From NCBI GenBank assembly GCA_029255845.1, contig JAJVLF010000013.1, positions 1,469-65,468 of the forward strand: a stretch of 64,000 nt of DNA, given 5' to 3'. The number at the start of each line of letters is the position of its first letter. Positions within the stretch are counted from its first letter, which is position 1. This DNA is from Campylobacterota bacterium. Its GTDB lineage: Bacteria > Campylobacterota > Campylobacteria > Campylobacterales > JAJVLF01. Positions 27,111 through 36,720 of this stretch are shown piece after piece. The notes under the pieces were generated by a model that was given only the letters and a program-made list of their open reading frames with translations, was not told where the DNA came from and did no database searches. The position numbers were made by a program, and so were the translations under genes.

Positions 27111-27566
27111 ATGAAAAATATTTTATTGTCGTTACTTTTAATGGTTGCGAGTGCAACTTCTGTATTTGGTGCTGATTGGAGCATGAATAATATGTTTAAA
27201 GATATGAAAGAGGCTGTAACTGATGTAAGTGATGATATGAGAGATAGTGTTAAAACTATGTCAAATACTTCGGTAGAGCATTCTAGAAGTGGTGAAAGAA
27301 CAACTACTAATGTTTCTAGAGATTTCAAAGATGCTGAAATATCTACTTCTAAAGATGCTAGATTAACTGGAACTAATATGAGTGATAATGCAAGAGATTC
27401 ATTAGTTCAATTAAGTAAAGATGCTAGAGCTGCATTAGAAAAAACAGTTAAAGAAGCTTTAGAAGCTTCAAAAACTGCTACTGGTGATACGAGAGATGCA
27501 TTTATAGATATTGCTAGAAATGCTCGTGAAGCTATAGATGATATTGATGACAAGAAGAAAAAATAA
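27111..27566 (+). CDS. Small secreted D/K/S-rich protein, paralog 2
   Basis: Signal peptide MKNILLSLLLMVASATSVFGADW. Shares long identical stretches with paralog 1 (SKDARLTGTNMSDNAR, LEKTVK.ALEASKTA). Confidence 0.75.
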   Translation: MKNILLSLLLMVASATSVFGADWSMNNMFKDMKEAVTDVSDDMRDSVKTMSNTSVEHSRSGERTTTNVSRDFKDAEISTSKDARLTGTNMSDNARDSLVQLSKDARAALEKTVKEALEASKTATGDTRDAFIDIARNAREAIDDIDDKKKK

Positions 27567-27580
27567 TTCTTATTAATTTA

Positions 27581-27605
27581 ATACAAGCTACAAAGTAGCT
27601 TGTAT
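27581..27605 (+). terminator. Hairpin 3' of paralog 2
   Basis: ATACAAGCTA-CAAAG-TAGCTTGTAT (10-bp stem). Confidence 0.35.
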
Positions 27606-27782
27606 TATAGAAAAGCTATAAGAATAGATTATCTATTTTTATAAGTTTTCTATATAAATAAAAAAGGCTTCACTATCAAAAAAACAATTATATTATTTTT
27701 ATTTTTTACTTTATCTCTATCTAATTTTTTAAATGCTAAAACGATAAAGTTTGTAGGAAATATAGTTTCTAATGGACAAAAA

Positions 27783-28517
27783 ATGATAGGGACTAAATAT
27801 ATGGGTTATGTGTCTAAAGTCTATGTGGATATTGGAGATAGAGTTGAAAGAGAAGATGATTTATATGAAATAGAATCATCTGAATTTGACTTAATAAGAA
27901 TACAATCAGAGCTAATGGCAGACCAAGCAAAGCTTGTTGTTGAGTATTGGAAAAATAGAGTAAATAGGCTTGATAAGAAAAGAAAAAGAGTCCAGAAAAT
28001 GAAAATGGGAGATTTTCAATTTGATTTAATGGATATGGAAAGCCAAGCAGATAATGCATTAGTTATGCTAGAAGCTGCAAAAATAGCTGTGAAAAATGCT
28101 GTAGAAAAAACAAAAGAAATAATGTCAGTTTTTAATCATCTAAAAATGAAAGCTCCATCAGATGGTATCGTAGTAGAGCGAAATATAAAAGTAGGCGATA
28201 TGGTAATGCCTGGAATGCTTGCTATATTAATAGTAGATACTGAAGATGTATATGTGGATATTTCTATTGCTGAGAGTTTATTAAAATACTTTTATGTTGG
28301 TAAAATAGCAAAAATAAAACTTCGCTCATTAGATAAGACTTTAAGTGGAAAAGTAAAATCAATAGTCCCAAGCTCTAATTTCGTAACACATAAAATAAAA
28401 GTAAGACTTTCAATCAACGAAAAACACCCAAGAATTTTACCAGGAATGTATAGTGAAGTATTTATGGAAATACCACTTAAAAAAAGCGATAAACTACTAC
28501 AAGGAATGGAAAAATGA
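27783..28517 (+). CDS. HlyD/membrane-fusion-protein-like periplasmic adaptor, start unresolved
   Basis: Lipoyl-like hairpin YVSKVYVDIGDRVEREDDLYEIES plus coiled coil. The in-frame upstream region 27645-27782 encodes a signal peptide (KKTIILFLFFTLSLSNFLNA) but has no ATG/GTG/TTG. Confidence 0.7.
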   Translation: MIGTKYMGYVSKVYVDIGDRVEREDDLYEIESSEFDLIRIQSELMADQAKLVVEYWKNRVNRLDKKRKRVQKMKMGDFQFDLMDMESQADNALVMLEAAKIAVKNAVEKTKEIMSVFNHLKMKAPSDGIVVERNIKVGDMVMPGMLAILIVDTEDVYVDISIAESLLKYFYVGKIAKIKLRSLDKTLSGKVKSIVPSSNFVTHKIKVRLSINEKHPRILPGMYSEVFMEIPLKKSDKLLQGMEK

Positions 28518-29314
28518 TAAAAAATAACTTCATATCTGGAGCTATTATCTTATGCTTATTAGGTGGGTTAATCTTTTTTGCACAAAAGACATATGATAAT
28601 GCCATCATATATGAAAAAGCCTACACTAAAACAGTCGATAAAGATGATAATCTTGCTTCTAATATCATTAGTAGTTTGTTCCCATCTAGTGAATCAGACA
28701 ATAAATCTGAAAAAAGTGCTAAACTAAAAAAATTGCAAGAAATAGCACAGCAATCTATGTTCGAGTTTGTAGGTTTTCTAGCTTTATCTCTTATAGGATA
28801 TTTTTTATTCACTAAGTTTGCATTTGTCATTTATCTTCATTTATCTTCATTGATAGCATTAGTTTATGGTGTGATTACCCCTATATTTTTTATATTTGTG
28901 CATAAAAATTTTGGTTTAGCAGATATTACATTAGAATTTGATTCTAATAGTATCATCACATCAATAGAAAAACTATTCAATCAAGATAATTACTTTGTGG
29001 GAGGTATTATTTTATTCTTTTCCATTATTTTTCCATTAATTAAAACCCTACTTTCACTTTCTTTGAACATACTAAAAGAAAAAAACTTTTTGCACATACA
29101 TAAAATATCTAGCACTTTATCATCTCTTAGTAGGTGGTCTATGAGCGATGTTTTTGTATTATCAATATTTTTAGTTTATTTATCTCCTAAAAAAGGTGGG
29201 AACATAGAAACAGAATTAGAAATGGGATTTTATATTTTTCTTTCTTATGTTGTTTTATCTATTATTATTTCTGCTATTAATTCTATTAAAAAAGAAGAGG
29301 CGAAAGAAGAGTAA
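28514..29314 (+). CDS. PqiA-like integral membrane protein
   Basis: 266 aa, multi-TM. The RWSMSDVFVLSIFLVY motif is typical of the PqiA family. Overlaps the upstream gene by 4 nt. Confidence 0.55.
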   Translation: MIKNNFISGAIILCLLGGLIFFAQKTYDNAIIYEKAYTKTVDKDDNLASNIISSLFPSSESDNKSEKSAKLKKLQEIAQQSMFEFVGFLALSLIGYFLFTKFAFVIYLHLSSLIALVYGVITPIFFIFVHKNFGLADITLEFDSNSIITSIEKLFNQDNYFVGGIILFFSIIFPLIKTLLSLSLNILKEKNFLHIHKISSTLSSLSRWSMSDVFVLSIFLVYLSPKKGGNIETELEMGFYIFLSYVVLSIIISAINSIKKEEAKEE

Positions 29315-29330
29315 AGAAAATATTACATAG

Positions 29331-29354
29331 AAGTTTCTAATTTGCAGTGGTCTC
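29331..29354. repeat. Solo right terminus of MITE family C
   Basis: AAGTTTCTAATTTGCAGTGGTCTC versus consensus GCACTTCTAATTTGCATTGGTCTC. A left-terminus-like CCCAATGCAATATT follows at about 29370. Confidence 0.5.
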
Positions 29355-29395
29355 ATATTTTATAATACTCCCAATGCAATATTCTTATAAGCCCA

Positions 29396-30286
29396 TTATT
29401 GATATAATCCAGTGCTTAAATATCTTTCTCCTGTATCACAAAGAATAGTTATTATATTTTTATCTTTGTTTTTAGCTAATACTTCTAAAGAAGCAAATAC
29501 ATTTGCACCTGAAGATATTCCTACGATTAATCCCTCATTTTTAGCTAAATTCCTCGCTGTCTCAAAGGCATTTTCATTTGATACAGTTATGATTTCATCA
29601 ATTAAATTTATGTTTAGGTTTTTTGGTATAAATCCAGCTCCTATTCCTTGTATTTTATGAGGAGATGGGGCATTACCTGAAATTACAGAACTTAATTCTG
29701 GCTCAACGGCAATTATTTTTACATCTTTTAGTTTTTCTTTAAGAACCTTTCCGATACCACTTAAAGAACCACCAGTTCCACAAGCTATAACAGCTATATC
29801 TATTTTTTCATCCATATCATTTAAAATCTCAATGGCTGTTGTTTTTTCGTGAATGGATGGATTATCTTTATTTTCAAATTGTTGTAATATGATAGAATTA
29901 TCTTTTTGAGCTATTTCATTTGCTTTTGCGATAGAGCCTTTCATCCCTTTACTAGCAGGAGTAAGAACTAAAGTAGCTCCTAAGGCCACAAGTAAATCTC
30001 TTCTTTCTTGACTCATAGAATCAGGCATAGTTAAAGTAAGCTTTAAACCTAAAGAGGCACATTGACTAGCTAAAGCAATTCCAGTATTTCCGCTAGTAGG
30101 CTCTATAATATGAGTGTCTTTATTAATATCTCCTCTTTTTAGAGCTTCGTGTATCATATTAAAACCTATTCTATCTTTTACACTGCTCGTAGGGTTCATA
30201 AATTCACATTTTGCATATATGCCAGATTTTAATTTTATTATTGGGGTGTTTCCGATTAATTCACCTACATTATTTGCTATTTTCAT
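29396..30286 (-). CDS. cysK: Cysteine synthase A (O-acetylserine sulfhydrylase)
   Basis: 296 aa. PLP-lysine motif SVKDR, GNTGIALA and GTGGS loops. Confidence 0.93.
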   Translation of the reverse strand: MKIANNVGELIGNTPIIKLKSGIYAKCEFMNPTSSVKDRIGFNMIHEALKRGDINKDTHIIEPTSGNTGIALASQCASLGLKLTLTMPDSMSQERRDLLVALGATLVLTPASKGMKGSIAKANEIAQKDNSIILQQFENKDNPSIHEKTTAIEILNDMDEKIDIAVIACGTGGSLSGIGKVLKEKLKDVKIIAVEPELSSVISGNAPSPHKIQGIGAGFIPKNLNINLIDEIITVSNENAFETARNLAKNEGLIVGISSGANVFASLEVLAKNKDKNIITILCDTGERYLSTGLYQ

Positions 30287-30323
30287 ACTTTATCCTTTTT
30301 AAAAGTTTTTTAAAAGTATTATA

Positions 30324-30941
30324 TCATATTAGTGCTTTTTTTAATTTATCTAAAAATAAATCTCTTTTTATATTCTTAGCCCCGAAATTAGCAAAAAGCT
30401 CAGAATAAATCTGACAATCAATAAAATCAAAATTTTCCTGCTTAAGCTTTTCAAATAAAGAACAAAAAGCAACTTTACTAGCATTTGATACAGTAGAAAA
30501 CATAGATTCCCCACAAAAAACTTTCCCAATCACCACACCATATAACCCACCAACTAGCTCATCATCTAAGAAGCTTTCCACACTCATAGCATATCCTTGT
30601 TTATGTAGTTCATAATAAGATTTTATTAGTTTGTCATTTATCCAAGTATCTTTATGATTTTTTTTATGAGTGGTTTTGCATTTTATTAGCACTTCTTTAA
30701 AGTTTTGATTAAATTTGATAGTAAATTTATTTTGTTTTAAAACCCTCTTTAAACTTTTGCTTATTTTAAAATCTTCCATTTCTAGTATAAATCTAGGATC
30801 TGGAGACCACCATAAAATAGGCTCTTCATTATACCAAGGGAAAATTCCATTTAGATAAGCTTCTAAGAGTGTGCTTGTGTTTAATTCCCCTCCATGTGCC
30901 AAAAGACCATCTTTATTTGCTTCTTTTGGGTTAGGAAACAA
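30324..30941 (-). CDS. aat: Leucyl/phenylalanyl-tRNA--protein transferase
   Basis: 205 aa. Motifs ILWWSPDPR and VGGLYGVVIGKVFCGESMFS. Confidence 0.9.
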   Translation of the reverse strand: MFPNPKEANKDGLLAHGGELNTSTLLEAYLNGIFPWYNEEPILWWSPDPRFILEMEDFKISKSLKRVLKQNKFTIKFNQNFKEVLIKCKTTHKKNHKDTWINDKLIKSYYELHKQGYAMSVESFLDDELVGGLYGVVIGKVFCGESMFSTVSNASKVAFCSLFEKLKQENFDFIDCQIYSELFANFGAKNIKRDLFLDKLKKALI

Positions 30942-33587
30942 CTATATAGAGTATTCTTTAATTGATTTTTTAAATTCTTTGATTGTGGAAATTCTATTAA
31001 AGAAATTATTTTTAGCTATTAATATTTGTGTTTTTAAAACTTCTATATCATTATCACTAAAGTCATTTAAAGTTTTTATGATAGTTTTTATTTCATCCAA
31101 ATAAGCCAAATCTGCTACTTTACTTTCTTTTATATTTGCAAAAGAATATTTTTCTAATTCTTTAGCCTGATATTTTGTATGATTTATAGAAACAAGCTCT
31201 AAATTATATACAGCTCTTTTTAATATTTCTAAATCAAATTTTTCATGATCTACAATATAAAGACATATATTAATTAAGCCTGATATTTTGTGGTTTTGCT
31301 TATCTATCATATGAATATCTAAATTATATTCTTCTGTGAAATGTGCATATATAGGGCTATTTTTAGCCTGTATGGCAGACATAGTCAATTTATGCATTTT
31401 GATATTTTTCTCTAAGCTTTTTTTAACAATCATAGGTATATTTTTAATAGAAAAAGATGGTATAGAGTATATGATAGTATCTACTTTAGCAGTTGCTTTA
31501 AAAATTGTTTTTGTATTATATAAGCTATGTTCTTCGCCAAAAAAATCTCCTTTTTTAACCTCATATATACATTCATCTAATAAATCAATAATTATCTTAC
31601 CTTTATGGACAATAGATAATGATTTCATATTATCAATAGATTCACCTTTTTTATATTCCACAATATCTAATGTTTTTGCTACTTCATTTTTAACTTTACC
31701 AGAAAGAAAATCTCTAAACAGGGAGGAGGATTGTAAAAATAATCTTCTTTGTTTAAATTTAAGATATGTATCTTTTAATATATTATTTTTAATAAAATTT
31801 AGAAAAATATTTTTTGGGATACATAATAAGCTAGAATAACTCTCTGTTCTATAAGTATATTCTGATTTAGAATCATGTAAAACCTCAACTTCTCCTATAA
31901 AGCTACCAAAACCAATATTACCAATTTGTTTAGACTCACCATTTATAGTGCTAATATTTCCTGTGATTATCATATATACATATTCTAATTCAAAATCTTT
32001 TCTGCATATTATTTTTTTAGGATTAAACACTTTAATGCTATTATTTAAAAGAGCTATTAAGATATTTTCATTTGTATTAATAAAATATGTTTTTAAAATA
32101 TTCATTGCTTTTTGAAATATTAAATTGCAATTATTTTCAATCATTATCTCAGAAGTTCCAAAATGCACATCTGAACCAAGGAGTTTTTGCTCCATATTTA
32201 ATTCATTAGCAATATGAGCTAGAATAATATTTTTACTTTTATCATCTATAAAATCTTCGTATGAGCCGTGTATCATTCCTCCACCAATGTCTATTTTTTT
32301 AACATCTGTGGTTTCTAAATAATTCTTTTTTACTTCTTTTATTTTTTCTTTACTTAGCCCTATTTTATTTGTTTTATTTATCTCCATACTATCTAGCACT
32401 TCAAAAGAAGTAATATCAGCCATATGATAATATGTCTTATATCCATCTTTATCTAATGCTCTAAATTGAAATAAAGTAGTCTCAATAGGATGAGGAGAAA
32501 ATATAGGCTTAACTTCTAAACCATCTATATTTGACCATTCACCATCTTTTAAAGAATGAAATTCAAAAAATTTATCTAGTAATTCCTCATTTTCTAAATC
32601 CAAAATAGACAATAACTTTTTCATTACAGAGAGCCTAACAAGAGGAGTAGAATAGTATTGCACCTTGTGGTCTAATTCCATCAATGAAATAATACCACAA
32701 AAGTGGTCATCATGAGCATGTGTATGAAAAATACCCTTAATCTCATTTAAGCCTATCCCTAAAGACTTTAGAGTATTATCGATATTAGGCCCAGCATCTA
32801 CAAGATATATATCACCTTGAAATACTATGACACTAGACATAGAAGGCTGTGCTATATTCCATCCATCACCCTCACCACTATTTATGATAGAAAAATAATC
32901 TCTTTTAATGTGGCTATGTCCTAAGGCATAAGGAGAAGGATATTTATCTGCCTCATATAAATTTAAATCAACTTCTATACTATTTTTGTTTCCATTATCA
33001 TCATAAGTGATTTTAAATATATTAATTCCAATTCTTTCAATAGAGACATTATTTTTTACTTCGATAGGTTCGTTTTCTATATATACAGGTTCTATAAGCT
33101 CTTTTGGAGATTTGAATTTACCAAAAGCAAATTTAAGCTTCATTTTTAAAATATCTTCTGCTTCTTTTTCACTTAGTCCAGCAGAAAACATTTCTTCTTT
33201 TGTAACTAATCCATAATTCCCACGATGAATATATTCTAATTGTGATTTAACTTGGTCTGTAGCCCCAGCTATTATTGGTTTATCGCCTGTGTTATTTGGA
33301 TGATTTGGTATTATCATACCTTGTCTGTATAGCATTTGAAGTATAGGAAACTCTGCTAAATTTGAGAAAAACCCATTTTGTATAGATAAATCAGAAAGCA
33401 AAATAACATTAGGTCCATTTTCTGCAAACATACCATTAATATCATTTCTTCTAATAAGATCTCTTTTAATTAAATGCTTAACAATATCCGCAGGAGCAGA
33501 GCATAATATACGGACATTAGCCTTAGGTATATTTATATAATAAACACCAGAACAAATACTTATCCTATATATTGGTGGTGGTGTCAA
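30942..33587 (-). CDS. Multidomain protein: N-terminal unknown region + metallo-beta-lactamase fold + two cNMP-binding domains + hemerythrin-like C-terminus
   Basis: 881 aa. HTHAHDDH metal motif. Two CAP-type segments (GSFIGEVEVL, GDFFGEEHSL). The C-terminal AHFTEEYNLDIHMIDKQNHKISGLIN resembles the hemerythrin W..e..iD.qH pattern. The stop abuts the aat start. Confidence 0.7.
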   Translation of the reverse strand: MTPPPIYRISICSGVYYINIPKANVRILCSAPADIVKHLIKRDLIRRNDINGMFAENGPNVILLSDLSIQNGFFSNLAEFPILQMLYRQGMIIPNHPNNTGDKPIIAGATDQVKSQLEYIHRGNYGLVTKEEMFSAGLSEKEAEDILKMKLKFAFGKFKSPKELIEPVYIENEPIEVKNNVSIERIGINIFKITYDDNGNKNSIEVDLNLYEADKYPSPYALGHSHIKRDYFSIINSGEGDGWNIAQPSMSSVIVFQGDIYLVDAGPNIDNTLKSLGIGLNEIKGIFHTHAHDDHFCGIISLMELDHKVQYYSTPLVRLSVMKKLLSILDLENEELLDKFFEFHSLKDGEWSNIDGLEVKPIFSPHPIETTLFQFRALDKDGYKTYYHMADITSFEVLDSMEINKTNKIGLSKEKIKEVKKNYLETTDVKKIDIGGGMIHGSYEDFIDDKSKNIILAHIANELNMEQKLLGSDVHFGTSEIMIENNCNLIFQKAMNILKTYFINTNENILIALLNNSIKVFNPKKIICRKDFELEYVYMIITGNISTINGESKQIGNIGFGSFIGEVEVLHDSKSEYTYRTESYSSLLCIPKNIFLNFIKNNILKDTYLKFKQRRLFLQSSSLFRDFLSGKVKNEVAKTLDIVEYKKGESIDNMKSLSIVHKGKIIIDLLDECIYEVKKGDFFGEEHSLYNTKTIFKATAKVDTIIYSIPSFSIKNIPMIVKKSLEKNIKMHKLTMSAIQAKNSPIYAHFTEEYNLDIHMIDKQNHKISGLINICLYIVDHEKFDLEILKRAVYNLELVSINHTKYQAKELEKYSFANIKESKVADLAYLDEIKTIIKTLNDFSDNDIEVLKTQILIAKNNFFNRISTIKEFKKSIKEYSI

Positions 33588-33659
33588 TAAAACTTCCTTA
33601 CTTAATTAATAATGTTTATTATAATAACGAAACATTCTTAAATTTGGAAAATAAAAGGC

Positions 33660-34457
33660 TTATAATATATTTCTTTTTCGCAAAAATACAGGAAATCTAG
33701 GTTTGCCATATTTAGTAAATCCTTGATGTTTAAATGTAATAAAAGAGCCTATTTTAGGAGGATTTACTCTATTTTGATAGCTTAATCCTGAGCCTATTTT
33801 AAAATTTATTCCATTTTCTAACTGGCATTTTATAGCTCCAATAACATTAGAAAATTTTCCATTACCTTTAGTATATCCTAAAACCTTACATTCAGTATCT
33901 TGAAAACTTTTAACCTTTAAGGCTTTTGAAGTTCTTTTATCAATATACAAAGCATTAGGGTCTCGCACTACAACACCCTCTCCGCCTTTTTCTTCTATAT
34001 CTTTTAAAAACTTTTGCAAATGAGCATTATTTTTTATCTTTATTTGAGGAATTATTTTTAAAATATCACTTTCATAATACCTAGCCTTATCTATCCTTTT
34101 AAATAAACCACCTTTAGCATTAGGAACTTCAAAGATATAATGCTTAATCTCTCTCCATTTTAAAGATGGTTTTTTATCTCTAACTATAGAGCTTATATTT
34201 TCAAAATCTTCTCGCCTTGTCCATAATTCACCATCTAATTCAAATGAAGGATAGTTTTTAATAAACCATTTTGGTGCATGGATAATATTACCCGCACGAC
34301 TTAATAGGTTTTCGCCATCCCAATAAGCTCTAATGCCATCTAGTTTTTCACTCATTACCCAATTTGTAATATTTTGGTCTTTATAAGTTTTTAAGAGCAG
34401 TAGTTTTGGTTTGTTTGATAAAAGAAAAAGAGGGATAAGAAATAAAAAAAGTTTCAT
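33660..34457 (-). CDS. Secreted minimal ATP-dependent DNA ligase (LigE type)
   Basis: 265 aa with signal peptide. Adenylation motif SEKLDGIRAYW, then EGVVVRDP and ALKVK motifs. Confidence 0.85.
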   Translation of the reverse strand: MKLFLFLIPLFLLSNKPKLLLLKTYKDQNITNWVMSEKLDGIRAYWDGENLLSRAGNIIHAPKWFIKNYPSFELDGELWTRREDFENISSIVRDKKPSLKWREIKHYIFEVPNAKGGLFKRIDKARYYESDILKIIPQIKIKNNAHLQKFLKDIEEKGGEGVVVRDPNALYIDKRTSKALKVKSFQDTECKVLGYTKGNGKFSNVIGAIKCQLENGINFKIGSGLSYQNRVNPPKIGSFITFKHQGFTKYGKPRFPVFLRKRNIL

Positions 34458-34502
34458 TATTATTACTATAACCCTCTTAAATGAGGGCTAGAGTTTTATG
34501 TA

Positions 34503-35882
34503 TCATTTTAAAGAACTAGCACCTTCTAGGTCTATATTATCCAAGGTGCTTAAATCATTATAATTATTTAAAAACTTTTTAATAATATCTGTAGATACTC
34601 CATTTTCATTAGAAAAAACATGGTCTTGACTTGGAAAGAAGAAATGCCTACTATTTGATAAATGTTTTTGTGCATTAATAGCCCAATATTTAGTAGTTTG
34701 CAAATCTAAACCAGCAGTAAATATAATAGTAGGAATATCAGTCTTTAAAGGTTCCATTTCTTTTTTGTTTGGAACTGCTTTGAAATAAGGTCTCATAAAA
34801 TCTACTTCTGATACATCAAGAGGAGCTCCACCTTGGAATTTATTTAAAGCATTTACTACATTATTCCCAAAACCAAAATCATAAGGTTTCTGCTCACTCA
34901 TAAAATAAGCTTCTTCATACATAATTACTCCAAGAGAAAACACATCAGAACTGCTTCTATAAGCAAATTTAGAATCTATTTCTCGAGATAATGACTTAAC
35001 ATCCCCACATGAAGCTGACATTATTCCTTCTACTTCTGCTTTTACAGGAGAAGCATTAATGTTTACATATGCCATTGATGCTATAAGTTTTAACCTAGAA
35101 ACCGCACATGAATTAGGCTCTTTTAATGACTCTTCTAATTTATCTTTAAGTTTTGCATTTGGATATTCCTTATCATATCTAATAGATAAATCACTAAGCT
35201 TATCTAATATAGACTCTTTCGCTTGTGAAATACCATTTGCTTCTATTGTAAAAAAACCATCTAAAATCATAGCAGATACTTTATTTGGATAGTCTCTAGC
35301 TATAGTTGAAGCTAATCTAGTTCCATAAGAATATCCTGCTAATATTACTTTTGGTATTTTTTCTTTTTCTAATATTTTATCCAAATCATAAGCTATATTA
35401 GCACTAGTATAATCTGAAAGCTTAATATTATCTTTTTCTAAACTCACCATACAGCTTTTAAATCTTTCCTTATCTAGTCCAGCATATGTAAATAAATCAT
35501 CACATTTAGGATATGGTTCAGTAAATCCTGTCCCTCTATAATCCATAACTATCATATCTCTATCGTCAAAAAGATATGATAAGCTATGTATGTTTATATC
35601 AGCCTGAAAAATATTAGAAGGACCTGGACCACCTACTAAAAAAACAATAGGCTCTTTATTGCTAGATTTATTACTAGCAGGTATGATAGAATAATAAACT
35701 TTTAACATCCTTTTATCATTAGCATCATTAGGAGAAGCCTTAACCTCTAAAAAATCACATTTTGCTTTAGCAGTCCTCATCTCGGAACTAAAACATTTAT
35801 TACTATCTCCACTATCTCCTCCACCACAAGAAAGAAAAAACACAGACAAGAAAAAACCAATCAATAAATTAAGCACTTTCAT
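34503..35882 (-). CDS. Alpha/beta-hydrolase lipoprotein (prolyl/tripeptidyl aminopeptidase-like)
   Basis: Lipobox FFLSCGGG. Oxyanion region VGGPGPS. Nucleophile elbow GYSYGT. Confidence 0.75.
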   Translation of the reverse strand: MKVLNLLIGFFLSVFFLSCGGGDSGDSNKCFSSEMRTAKAKCDFLEVKASPNDANDKRMLKVYYSIIPASNKSSNKEPIVFLVGGPGPSNIFQADINIHSLSYLFDDRDMIVMDYRGTGFTEPYPKCDDLFTYAGLDKERFKSCMVSLEKDNIKLSDYTSANIAYDLDKILEKEKIPKVILAGYSYGTRLASTIARDYPNKVSAMILDGFFTIEANGISQAKESILDKLSDLSIRYDKEYPNAKLKDKLEESLKEPNSCAVSRLKLIASMAYVNINASPVKAEVEGIMSASCGDVKSLSREIDSKFAYRSSSDVFSLGVIMYEEAYFMSEQKPYDFGFGNNVVNALNKFQGGAPLDVSEVDFMRPYFKAVPNKKEMEPLKTDIPTIIFTAGLDLQTTKYWAINAQKHLSNSRHFFFPSQDHVFSNENGVSTDIIKKFLNNYNDLSTLDNIDLEGASSLK

Positions 35883-36055
35883 TCTATTCCTTTTTATAGG
35901 AGCTTATAAAAACTAGAAGCTCTCTTTGATGTTTTGATTATATTAATAAAATCTTAAACTATACTAAAAGATATATTTTTTACAACTTTTAAACAAGCTT
36001 TAATGTAAAATAATGTAAAATAGCGAACTTAATTTTCAAAGGAAGATACTTTTAA

Positions 36056-36367
36056 ATGTATGCAATAATAAAAGCTGGTGGTAAACAGCATAAAGTTACT
36101 AATGGAGATTATCTAAATATAGATAGAGCTCAAGTAGAAATCAAAAGCGAGATGGTTTTTGATAAGGTTTTAAGCATTGGTGGTGGAGATGATGTTAAAA
36201 TAGGAAGTCCTTATGTAAGTGGAGCTGTTGTAAAAGCTGTCGTAATTGGACATGATAAAGATAGAAAAGTTATTATCTATAAAAAAAGAAGAAGAAAAGA
36301 TTCTAAACTTAAAAAAGGTTTTAGAAGATCTTACACTCGAATTCAAATTACAGAAATTACAGCATAA
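36056..36367 (+). CDS. rplU: 50S ribosomal protein L21
   Basis: MYAIIKAGGKQHKV... typical L21. Confidence 0.95.
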   Translation: MYAIIKAGGKQHKVTNGDYLNIDRAQVEIKSEMVFDKVLSIGGGDDVKIGSPYVSGAVVKAVVIGHDKDRKVIIYKKRRRKDSKLKKGFRRSYTRIQITEITA

Positions 36368-36393
36368 GTCTGGCATAAATAAAGGAATAAAAA

Positions 36394-36648
36394 ATGGCAC
36401 ATAAGAAAGGTCAGGGTAGTACCCAAAATAATAGAGATTCAGCAGGTCGAAGGCTTGGTGTAAAAAAATATGGTGGTGAGGTTGTGAGGTCTGGTAATAT
36501 AATACTAAGACAAAGAGGCACTAAGATTCATATTGGTAATAATGTAGGTATCGGTAAAGATCATACTATTTATGCTATTATTGATGGTATAGTTAAATTT
36601 GAGCGAAAAGATAAAAAAAGAAAAAAAGTTTCTGTTTATCCTGCTTAA
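36394..36648 (+). CDS. rpmA: 50S ribosomal protein L27
   Basis: [24 protein letters not shown]... typical L27. Confidence 0.95.
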   Translation: MAHKKGQGSTQNNRDSAGRRLGVKKYGGEVVRSGNIILRQRGTKIHIGNNVGIGKDHTIYAIIDGIVKFERKDKKRKKVSVYPA

Positions 36649-36720
36649 TCAATTCTCATATCAAGAGGCTTTTCTAGCTTCTTGTAATCCCTCTTTTAAA
36701 AATAAATATTTAGGTTTTAT

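Noticed and set aside
28827-28852. 10-bp tandem duplication CATTTATCTT x2.4 inside the PqiA-like gene as a phase-variation switch.
   Set aside because: There are only two full copies, the reading frame is intact, and there is no homopolymer or multi-copy tract. It is most likely a fixed small duplication.
36001-36020. Tandem TAATGTAAAA x2 upstream of rplU.
   Set aside because: It is probably just duplicated -10-like promoter sequence, and nothing further supports a distinct element.
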